Source of the DNA: Oikopleura dioica
Lineage: Eukaryota; Animalia; Chordata
Direction: 5' to 3'
Assembly (NCBI GenBank): GCA_907165135.1
Contig: OU015569.1
Span: 10,726,001-10,790,000, forward strand
Length of the DNA stretch: 64,000 nt
Below are positions 40,103 to 49,986 of this stretch, piece by piece. Position 1 is the stretch's first letter; the number at the start of each line of letters is the position of its first letter. The notes beneath the pieces were generated by a model. That model worked only from the letters and a program-made list of their open reading frames with translations. It was not told where the DNA came from and ran no database searches. The position numbers were made by a program, and so were the translations under genes.

Positions 40103-40834
40103 CTTCGGTTTTTATAAAAAGACCCTTATCGAGTTTTTATTTGGTTGTTTGTTGTCCAAGTGAGATTCTTGGGATGATGAGATGGGAGCTGAAGATGGTA
40201 TATATACCCTCTTGAACTTGGAGGACACCTAGCGTTTCAAGTTTGGAAACTTGGAACTTAGTAATACTGCACCTCAATAAGCCAGGCTTAGGCCGCAGAT
40301 GACGACTCCCGCGCGGAGTTAGAGCTCAAAGCGCAATCGCCATCGGAAAAAAATATCTCTTCGGGATACACTTGCACTTTAGATATCTGCGCAAGAAAAA
40401 CCTGGCGACAAGAAATAGCTGAAACATTTTCGAGTTCATTTCTCAAAAATATTATAGAAAAAAATTGATTGATTTTATTGCTATTTTTTTTCGAACTAAG
40501 AATAAGGATATTATCGGGTTATATCTTTTATTTTCAATCTAATGCAAAAGCGCAATACTAGTATAAAAGAACAAAAATAGTCCGTAGCTAAGTTGTCGAT
40601 CATGTCAAAGATAGCTTCCCTTCGTTTGAAATGTTATAAATCAACACGTTTAATATAAATTCGGATGACGTTAAAATTCTTTAGATACGCCGGGATGATA
40701 ATATCACAAAAAAAGACAATCGTATCGTGAATTTGTTCTAGTACGCAAGCGTTCATTTGAAGCCAAACCTATAGGCTATTGTTTTTCATATTCAGTGCAT
40801 AATGAATTGATGTGGATTTATATTCAATTTGGCA

Positions 40835-41108
40835 GGTACTGACAATGTCACGAATGTCACGAATGTCACGAGTTGACTGAAAATGTCACGAGTTTCGAAA
40901 AATTGACTTCCATCTTTTTTCGAATTAAGCACTCCGAAGGACCTAACGTCCTTCTTCGTGCATTTTCTGGTAGATTACTCATTGTGTTGGCGGGGCCCAA
41001 CTCTTACTACACGCAAAACTCAAATTTTTCGGCCGCTCTTACTGACGATGTCACGAAAATAGTGGTCAATTTCGTGGCATTTGTGACATTCGTGAAATTT
41101 TCAGTGCC
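40835..41108. mobile_element. MITE-like element with about 44-bp imperfect TIRs built from AATGTCACG repeats
   Basis: ggtactgacaatgtcacgaatgtcacgaatgtcacgagttgac (40835-40877) matches the reverse complement of 41065-41108; no TSD found. Confidence 0.7.
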
Positions 41109-41281
41109 GTCGTTAGAGTTCATGCAAGCCTGACAAGAAAAAAAAAATAAGAAAAGAAGACTAATAGTTTTTTATCAAACATGTATTTATTAATGTCCAT
41201 TTAGTGTTTGGCATCACATTTTTTTCTACGAAACAATTCACCCTAGCATTTTAAGAACTGTACAAGGAGAAATCGAATATT

Positions 41282-41301
41282 CGGCACTCCCACTTATGCC
41301 G
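41282..41301 (-). promoter_or_regulatory. 3'-UTR hairpin, copy B
   Basis: Sense CGGCAU-AAGUGGGA-GUGCCG. Confidence 0.6.
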
Positions 41302-41438
41302 GCATTCTACAACTCTCAGAAGATCTGAAGATTTTTGATGTCGATCGTCTCAATCGTCGAGTATATATCGATATACAGTTTTAGTACAGGAATATATTTA
41401 CTGGAGCGGAGACCATCGGAAGGCCATCAGATGCGACT

Positions 41439-42289
41439 TTACTGGAAGGTTTGGGCGCGTTTCCAATTGGCGTACTTTCTAGCTTCAACTTCGTTGTCCT
41501 AGAAAACTTTAGCAATGTCTCTCGTGAAATTGCTTCTACCTGAATGAGGAACATATCGGGACAGAGGGGATCGTAGTGCTCTTCAAGATCAGCGTAGAAG
41601 GCGAAGAGAACCTTGTTCTTCTCGGCGAGAGCGCGTTTCTCCAATCGTTTTCGCTGAAAGAAAAAGTAAAATTCTGTCGAAGTTCCCGAGAATCCAATTA
41701 CCTTAGCCTCCTCCTTGGCAGCTTTGGCAGCAGCCTTGGCTTCCTTCTTAGCTTGCTTGGCCGCGGCTCGGCGAGCCTCGTTCTCAGCTCGTTTTTCTTC
41801 TCGCCACTTGGCGTAGTCCTCCTTCTTCGCCGCCTTGTTCTCAGCTTTGGCCTGTTTTTCTTCCATTTTCTGTTTCATCTTGTTGTACTTGTCCTGTTCT
41901 TTTTGCAGCTTGTTGGAGCTGCGGAGTGCGAGCCTGGCAGCAACTTGAGCAGCGGCCTTGCTTTCGGCTCGCTTGATGTACTGCTCCTGGAGTTTGAGCG
42001 CGGTCTTGTTCCAGAATCCGGCTGCGAGATCGTCAGTGCCCGGGCAGGTCTCCTCGTTGGGAACGCACTGGACCTTGCACTCTTTGCATGCAGCACGCGC
42101 GTCGACGAACAGATCCCGTGGGTGTTGGTATCGAGAGCAGACGATATTGGACTGACCGTGCCAGGCGTTGAAATCGGCGATGTGGGCTAAAATCATCTCA
42201 AAACTGAAGCGATATCAATTAGAATTACCATCGCAGTCACCGCAGATATCTGCACTAGCCAAGGCGAAAAAAGCAGCAGAAAGTTTCAT
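41439..42289 (-). CDS. Secreted Cys-rich/Lys-Ala-rich family, copy B
   Basis: MKLSAAFFALASADICGDCD|…FNAWHGQSNIVCSRY…CKECKVQC…CPG…; same exon plan; ends DNEVEARKYANWKRAQTFQ*. Confidence 0.85.
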
Positions 42290-42523
42290 CCTTTCCAGTT
42301 GTCGTTTGTCGTTCTATTTTGTCTTGGCTGACTTGACTCTTTTAAACTCGTATCGAGTTTTTTTAGTTTTTCAACGCCGACTCGAGGTTTTTCGAAGTTG
42401 CTGAATCAGTATATTTTGCGAGCAATTTATATGCCACTTGGACTTGGGACTCCAGTAGGAGGCGATAGCGCGCGATGCCACGCCGTCCGGTAATCAGACG
42501 CAACCGCGCAGGTTGCAGTTAAG

Positions 42524-43633
42524 CTACGGCATTAGGAGCTCAAAGGCGCACTCGCCAGAATAGTATCCATGCCAAACGTCGGGGACCGTGGTGACGGTAA
42601 GAAGCACTTCAGAATGGTGCAAAAATCTCATCAGTGGAATAAAGAGGAAGGTAATAGGGTTAGGGCATTCCTTGTCTTGTTTTACAGAAAGAACAATGCA
42701 GTAGATACGCTCAATAGAAGGATTCTAGAGCAGTGGGAATTCGACCCTCGGCCCAGGGCCATCTCGGAGTTGAATTGTTCCTTGAAGCATTTTTACTTCG
42801 TCCTAGATTAGTGAATTAGTAATTAGCTTTAGATTATCTATTATATAGATAGATAATAATTTATTTTTTCCTAAATTTACAGGGCCAGTCAGCTGGAAGT
42901 GGATATACTTGTTGGCGACTTTGTGGTTGTTGCAGACAAAACCATGTTTGAGACACGAGGGATACATCCAGGACGGCAGTCCCTCCTGGGCCCACTCTTG
43001 AGGAGGAAGCATAAGCACCATTTTTTGGAAATCCGGGAGAGTATCCATCTGAACACAGGGAATGTCTCTCCAGAGAGGCCCATTCTGGGACGCCGCAGCT
43101 TGAGAGGCAGCGCCTTCCGATGCTGCGCCTTGGGAGGCAACGCCTTGGGATGAAGTCCCTTTAGAAGGTGTTCCTTGAGATGCAGGATCCTGATATCGTT
43201 TTTTTTATAAATTTATAAGCAAGCATTTCTTACCGATGTGTCTGAGTTAGGCGCTGATTGAAGCTTGAGTTGATCCATTGCTCCAATTAAGAACGCTTTG
43301 ATCAGCTCGCGCATATTGTCGTTCTAAAAATTATATCGGTTAGATTCCTTCTTATATCAAGTTGCATATAGTCTATATCTATGTGATATAGATTTTGAAA
43401 TATTCAGTATTTACCGCCCAAAAAATAGAATCAGAGACGATGCAATGAAAATCCGGTCCTTCAGAAAACATGATATCGTTCTTTTTACCCGTCTCTAATT
43501 CGCGGAAAAGCATATGGCCGATGTCGTCATTGGAAGACCATTGAAGTGTTCTCTTTGTTCTAATAGATACATCTAGCCTCGCAACGCCTTCTCTACATGG
43601 AACATGGCGTCTGGCTCTCGGAGCACGGGGCAT
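42524..43633 (-). pseudogene. 4-exon orphan gene with ASQG repeats and one in-frame TAG
   Basis: Three phase-0 GT-AG introns give MPRAPRARR…FWA|NDNMRELI…SDTS|DPASQG…QLTGP|DEVKML…FPLL*NPSIER…WHGYYSGECAFELLMP*; TAG at 42725-42727 interrupts an otherwise open exon. Confidence 0.55.
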
Positions 43634-43990
43634 CTTGGAAATGAGCGAGGAAATATCGTGTGCACGCGTTTTTATACTCCAATTTCGAGCGCGATTCTCG
43701 AAAGTCAAAATTAAGAAACTGGAGAAATCTATTTTAAAAATTTTCTAGAATAAATTAACAACACCAACTTCATTCCTCGAGAAATTCGTTAAAAGAACAA
43801 ACGTTCCATAAACCTTTTTTAAGTAACACGTCATACTCTGTTCCATCGTTGAGTCAGCTCCAGCTAAACGATACTTATCGAAAGAGACTCTCAATACCAG
43901 TCGGTTTAGGCAGAGCTTAGTAAAAGAATACACTACTGCGTCAAGCTTTCTATACGCGTCGACGATTAGCAGCGCCATCTTGAGGTCCCT

Positions 43991-44010
43991 CAAGTCCAAG
44001 GCGATATAAA
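43991..44010 (+). promoter_or_regulatory. CAAGTCCAAG-N4-TATAAA promoter module (copy C; also at copies A and B)
   Basis: Same motif and near-identical spacing to a TATA-like box on the sense strand at 40201-40220 (A) and 42426-42446 (B). Confidence 0.55.
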
Positions 44011-44122
44011 TATGGCATATGGGAAGAAGAAGTCATCAACCAAACAATCATTCAAATTACGAGAAGTTTTACCTCGATAAGAGTTTTTTTCACTTCTTGC
44101 TTGTTTTCTACAAAAGAACAAA

Positions 44123-44983
44123 ATGAAACTCACTGGCTCCGTTTTAGCTGCTATGGCTTCCGCCGATGTTTGCGGCGATTGTGATGGTAAGAAATGACAT
44201 ATTTAATATATTTAAAAAAATATATTTTTAGCCAACATCGCCGAGTTCAACGCGTGGCACGCTCAGTCGAACATCATCTGCTCCCGCTACACTCACCCAC
44301 GTGACTACGCTCAGTTCGCCGACCCACGGGCAGCTGCTTGCAAGGACTGCAAGGTGCAGTGTGTGCCCGACAACGCCACTTGCCCGGGAACAGACGACCT
44401 CGAGGCCGGCTTCTGGAACAAGACAGCGCTCAAGCTCAAGGAGCAGTACGTCAACCGAGCCGAGATCCAAGCCGCTAAGAAAGTGGCCGAGAAGGCAGCC
44501 GCCACCCTCGCTCGCAACTTGACCAAAGAAAAGAACAAGTACGACAAGATCGTCAACAAGCTCGCCGAGAAGAAAGCCAAGAGCGAAAACAAGGCATGGA
44601 AAGAGTCGGACTGGGAATCCTGGAGAGAGAACCGACGACAGGAAAACGAGGCCAAACGAGCCCAGCGAAAACAGGAGAAGAAAGACGCCAAGGCAGCCGC
44701 CAAGGCTCTCAAGGAACTCAGAAAGGTAGAGTCAAACCATTGAACGATTTGTTTCTTACTCTTTTACCAGCAACAACGACTTGAGAAGCGAGCTCTTGCT
44801 GATAAGAACAAGGTGCTCTTTGCCTTCTACGCCGAGCTTGAGGAGCACTACGACGTCCTCTGCCCAGAAATGCACCTCATCCAGGTAAGCTCAAAGTAAA
44901 GTTGCGTTTCTTAACTTCTCGATTTTAAGGACAATCAGAACATGGCCCGAAAGTTCAACATCTGGAAGCAAGCTCAACAATAA
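44123..44983 (+). CDS. Secreted Cys-rich/Lys-Ala-rich family, copy C (inverted, near-identical to copy A from exon 2 to the stop)
   Basis: MKLTGSVLAAMASADVCGDCD|ANIAEFNAWHAQ…DNQNMARKFNIWKQAQQ*. Confidence 0.85.
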
Positions 44984-45094
44984 TTTCCAAGACTACTCTG
45001 TTTGATGAACTCAGTTCGCGCTGACCCTTTTTTATACTTTTCAAATGGTTGATAAAACCTTTTTTACTTCTTACTTTTGGCGTTCTTGAATCGC

Positions 45095-45112
45095 GACATT
45101 AGTGGAAGTGTT
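45095..45112 (+). promoter_or_regulatory. 3'-UTR hairpin, copy C
   Basis: Sense GACAU-UAGUGGAA-GUGUU. Confidence 0.55.
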
Positions 45113-45475
45113 TTATATTCAAGACTTTACTGTACAAACAAGCACTCTTTTTTATAAATAAATTCTGCAAAAAATACTCAAGCTTGTCCAATTTTATCAA
45201 TCACTTTCATGGAACAATTTATTTATGGCAGTTGCATTCTTAATTTAAAAGACACTCATAGTCATAGAGCTCTTCGAAATTATAGTTACAATCAATTTGA
45301 CAGTTTCAAATAGAAAATGCTAAAATGATGAGTTAGAAAAGGAATTCCATCGCAAATAAATTTAGTTTGTAAAAATATTTCCTGCATGAAAAAAGAGAAG
45401 ACTATTGATCTCGCTTTTTGATATTTTTATTGAAAACACCATGATTTTTGTACAGTGTAGCTCGAGGTTTAAAAT

Positions 45476-45495
45476 TGGCACTCCCACATATGCCA
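45476..45495 (-). promoter_or_regulatory. 3'-UTR hairpin, copy D
   Basis: Sense UGGCAU-AUGUGGGA-GUGCCA. Confidence 0.6.
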
Positions 45496-45800
45496 TTCAG
45501 ATTGTCGTGCCAGCAGGAATCAGCATTTGAGAAACAGTAAATAAAGAAAAAGAAGGTAGATGTTAAGTCCACATGTTATTAGTTAGAATATTTATATCAG
45601 ATTTTTTGGCTGTTATCCATTGTCCCAATACCACAAATTATTTTCGTGCGTATTTTTTTCGATAACATTTCCTATACTTGAGAGTCTGTATTATAGGCAG
45701 GTCAGGGCTTGGCGGGTAATTTGACATAAATAGACATCGTAATAATCGAGGAGGTTTTATATAAAAAATAGGGTCGAGTAAAAGTTAAGATTTGAATTAT

Positions 45801-46762
45801 TTACTGGGACTCGACGAGTTCTTCTTTTATCTGCTCGTACTGGTTCATCATGCGAGTGGACACGTTCTCATCAGCCTAAGGAAAAGGTCGCTTTGAACCT
45901 CTGTTAGAGTTTGGTGCGCTTACGTCAATGAGATGGAGATCAGCGCAAATGGGCTCGTAGTAAAGTTCCAAACTGGCGTAGAATGCAAACTTGGCCTTGT
46001 TCTTCTCCGCGAGAGCTCGTTTCTCGAGTCGTTGTTGCTGAACGGATCATAATTAACTAACTCGGAAGGGACTGAGTTTACCTTTCTAAGCTCCTTGGCT
46101 TCCTTGGCTGCCGCCTTGCGCTCCTTCTTTTCCTGCTTCCTTTCGGCGCGTTTTGCCTCGTTTTCAGCTCGCTTTTCTTCTCGCCAGGCTTGCCAATCTT
46201 CCTTCTTTTGCTGCTTATTAGCTGCCTTTTCAGCCTTTTCCTCGGCTTTCTTTTTCTGTTTCTCATACTAAACAGCAGTTAGAAATTATTAATCTCTTAT
46301 TGGCTGCTGAAAAAACAGCGCCACCAAAAATGGTATATAACCTTTTCGAGTTCTTTCTCCAAGTTGCGAGCGACCATTCTAGCTTTGCCCTCAGCAAGGC
46401 TTTTTTCGTACTTTTCGAGGTACTGAGCGGTGAGTTTCTTCGCGGTCTTGTTCCAGGCAGCGTGTGCGACTGCGCTGACACCTGGACATTTGTCTTCACT
46501 TGGAAGACACTGGATTTTGCACTCTTTGCAAGCGCCACGGGCGGACAGAGACTCTCGGGGGTCAGTGTACCGGGTGCAAGTGATGTCGGAGTTACCGTGC
46601 CAGGCGTTGAAGTTGGCAAGCGCAACTAGAAATCAAATTTCATTGATTTGTTGTTGTTTTTTTATAACTCGAGGCACTGAGTTAGTCGTCTCTAAACTTA
46701 CCGTCACAATCTTGACAGACATCAGCGCTAGCAAAGGCGAAAAGTGATAAGGAAAGCTTCAT
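45801..46762 (-). CDS. Secreted Cys-rich/Lys-Ala-rich family, copy D
   Basis: MKLSLSLFAFASADVCQDCD|VALANFNAWHGNSDITCTRY…CKECKIQC…CPG…; one extra intron after LEKELEK; ends …EELVESQ*. Confidence 0.85.
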
Positions 46763-47436
46763 TTCTTTCTTTTTAGTTTATCACTTGTTGCTCGAAAAAG
46801 CAGAGTTCTTTAATCAAGACTGTCGCTTGATAATTTTGATGACCAAAATGAGATGCGCAGTGTCTTAAATAGCTTTGTCAGGTTCCAAAGAGTGGAGCTC
46901 CGGAGTCGGAGTTAATCCAAGGGAAAAGTAAGCAAATACCTAAAATAGAGGGCCAAAGAGTGAATGCCATTTTAAGCCCAACAGCGCCATCAATCGCCTT
47001 CAAAATAATTTTATTATCATCTTGAATGTTTTTACAATATTTCTTTCGCACTTTAAAACGTAGAAAAAAGAACTCCTTCTCTAAGAAAATACTGTATTTT
47101 TAAATAGATCATATCTTAGTTTTCTTCCGTTTTCTTTTCTCCAATTTCTTAACGGTGGCTTAGATAATTTTGAAGATTTGCGATGAAGCTGTTTTTGGAA
47201 AGATAGAATTGGAAAATACCAAAACAATCAGAAAAGAGTTCTTCACGGCGGTACAGCTGCGGAACTTCTAGTCTATCTTGATTAGTGCAATTTCCATCTC
47301 CGATTTTGATATCCAGCTGAGAAGCGCTGCGCTCTATCACCATCTATCTGATCGTCGGTGGTATAAAACTCCCACTTGCTTTGGACAACACAGCAAATTC
47401 AAAAATCATTCTACAGAAAATCCTCTTTTTCCAACA

Positions 47437-47955
47437 ATGACCAACAACCGCGAGTTTCAAGACGCCTTTGTCAAGTACATGCAATCCCAAGTCGGAAAAA
47501 TGGTCGACCTTGAAAAACACGACGCCATGATTCGATCCTTTGGAGTAAAGCGAACCAGCAGAACGATTTACACCTTACAGGGCTGCAAGTTTAACTTTGA
47601 AGACGAGGACGTACGTCCAGCGAGCTTCAATGACGACGAGTCTCCAACGATTTCAGAGGACGACTTCGAGATCGATCAAGAAGCAATTGATAGACACGAA
47701 CGTATGTACCATGGTTCCAAACCTTCAACTCAGAAGAAGCGATCTTCTAAGAAGAAAGGTTCACTCAAGCCATCCAGACCACTCACTGACGAGGAGAGAG
47801 ACGCATTGTTCGGCAAGCCAAAAGACGTGACTACCAAGGTCAAATTGCCAAAAACTAAGAAGTCAACACAAGAAGAAGGCCAGCAGAAGAAGAAGAAAAA
47901 CAGCGGCAAGGCCCCGAACGCTATCCGAAAAACGAAGAAACCGTCTCGACTCTAA
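47437..47955 (+). CDS. Intronless hypothetical protein with acidic middle and Lys-rich tail
   Basis: 172-codon ORF from ATG 47437, TATAAA about 75 bp upstream, AATAAA shortly after the stop. Confidence 0.65.
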   Translation: MTNNREFQDAFVKYMQSQVGKMVDLEKHDAMIRSFGVKRTSRTIYTLQGCKFNFEDEDVRPASFNDDESPTISEDDFEIDQEAIDRHERMYHGSKPSTQKKRSSKKKGSLKPSRPLTDEERDALFGKPKDVTTKVKLPKTKKSTQEEGQQKKKKNSGKAPNAIRKTKKPSRL

Positions 47956-48438
47956 TCACCAACTGACATTTCTGCTCCTTTTGTTATTTCTGTTTTTGCT
48001 TATGAATTCTTGAATAAAACACTTTAATATAATTTGCTTTTCAATCTTTTTATTTTTTGGATTTCCAGTTCGAAGACTTAGAAGCAGGAGTCAGGAAAAC
48101 GGGTTTATTCAAACCTGACACTGACTTCTATTTAAGCTCAAGTGTGTACCTGGCGTCTTTCAAGAGCCAGAACTTTTAGAACTGACGGAGTATCATTTTG
48201 AGCAGGAGCAGGCTCCACGCCAGCGCAGTTTTGGTCCTTTTCGTTAATCCTTTTTCGTTATCTCCTTACCAGTATTTGGCGATCCCGGTGGCGCTTTGGT
48301 TTCATCTGTGCAGCCCATAAATAGCCGCACGAAAGTCCAAGTCCAAGCTTCACATCCAACTTGGACCATCATTCTTGAATTCTTGCGATACGCAAAATCA
48401 AGCCCTTCTTTGACCTTTTTCGATCGAGCATCAAAAAC

Positions 48439-49455
48439 ATGAAGTTGAATCTTACTTTTTTGGCACTCGCCTTCGCCGGAAAATCGGATAAAAAATGCCG
48501 CGCGTGTGACGGTAAGACAGAGATAATAATACAGAGAATAAAGAGAGAGAAACGCAAAAAATTAAGATTTGATAAGTCGGTTTAATGATTGGCATAAAAA
48601 TCCAAATATGGTGTGCGATCGGTACACTTCTCCGAAGTTTATTGCCAAAGGAAATCTTAGAGGAGCTTGTAAGGATCGGTTATTTCACAAAAATAACTGC
48701 TTATTTGTAATCTATTTTACTTACAATAAAATTGAAAAATTGTTAACCGAAGTAAGGAATGCAAAATTCAATGCATCCCTAACGAGGACAAGTGCCCAGG
48801 AATCACAGACCTTCCAGCCGGATGGTGGCACAAGACTGGTGAGAAACTCATGAACCAATACGTCGATAAGGCAGCAGAACTGCACCAAGCTCGCCTCGAT
48901 TTGCGCGCCGCGAACAAGCTTGAAAAAGAGCTCGCCAAAGTGAGTTTTTGATTGAGTCCTTGTTGATCTCGAAAATGATTAATTTAATCATTTTGTGCTA
49001 GTACAATAAGCAGAAGAAGAAAATTGAAGAGCAGAAGGCGAAGGCTGAAAATAAAGCGTTCAAGAAGGCTGACTGGGAAGCATGGAGAGAAGACCAGCGA
49101 CAGAAAAATGAAGAAGCTCGTGCCCAGAAAAAACAGGAAAAGAAAGAACGTAAGGCAGCAGCCAAGGCCCTCAAGGAGCTCAAAAAGGTAAAGAAAATGG
49201 CGAAAAATAAAAGCTACAATTTTGGATGTTAGGAGCAACGACTTGCGAAGAGACTGCTTGCGGATCAAAATAAGGCACTCTTCGCGTTCTATGCAAGCCT
49301 TGAAGAGCACTATGAGCCAGTCTGCCCGGACCTTTACCTGATTGAAGGCATCCAAAACGAGGTAACAAGTACTCAATGATAATCAAATTTTACAATTCTT
49401 ATTTCAGACTGTGGTTGCAAGAAAATACGAGAATTTTCTCCGAACACTTGCGTAA
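48439..49455 (+). CDS. Secreted Cys-rich/Lys-Ala-rich family, copy E (most divergent)
   Basis: MKLNLTFLALAFAGKSDKKCRACD|DLISRFNDWHKNPNMVCDRY…RGACKDR|KECKIQC…CPG…; extra introns; ends …RKYENFLRTLA*. Confidence 0.8.
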
Positions 49456-49986
49456 ACTGATAAAGAAATTTGCGCATCTCTGTAAATATCCTCGAAAACG
49501 ACTCCAGTTTGGTGATCTTCTGAACAACTGTTTTTATCCTGTAGGGCCTCTTATACTTTAATAAATTAACTTTCTAAGCACAAAGACTTTGCAAGACTTT
49601 CATAGTACGATGCATCGCTTATCGACTCAGCTAAGTGTTGCTAAGCAAATACTCTAGGCATGTTTTCCTGTTGACAGTGAATCTGTTATCTGAGTCCGTT
49701 TCTCCAATTCCGCCCGTGTCGCATTCGATAAGCTCTTCGAGCAATATTTATCTTGTGTTACCAAGCAACAGTGCTTAGTTCCACCTTTTATATTGTCTCT
49801 AGAACCCAGTGTGTGCCCAAAAGTGCTTAACAAAGCCGGCGCCTTGGGCCCAGAGCGAAACTGGTTGATGGAAGAGAACGTGTCCTCGGCAAACTGAAAA
49901 AAATCAACAAGATTATCTTTCTCTAGAATCTACAAAGAGTCCTTTGTTATCCCTGATAACGAGAAAATCTCCAGTTTCACGATAAA

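Noticed and set aside
39459-44712. Duplicated alternative-frame and antisense ORFs (e.g. 39483-39884, 44311-44712, 41576-42190)
   Set aside because: By-products of the low-complexity Lys/Ala coding strand and of the A/C duplication.
38973-45495. 3'-UTR hairpins as iron-responsive element, SECIS or histone stem-loop
   Set aside because: No CAGUGN loop with a bulged C, no AUGA/GA quartet or in-frame UGA, and no match to the histone stem-loop consensus.
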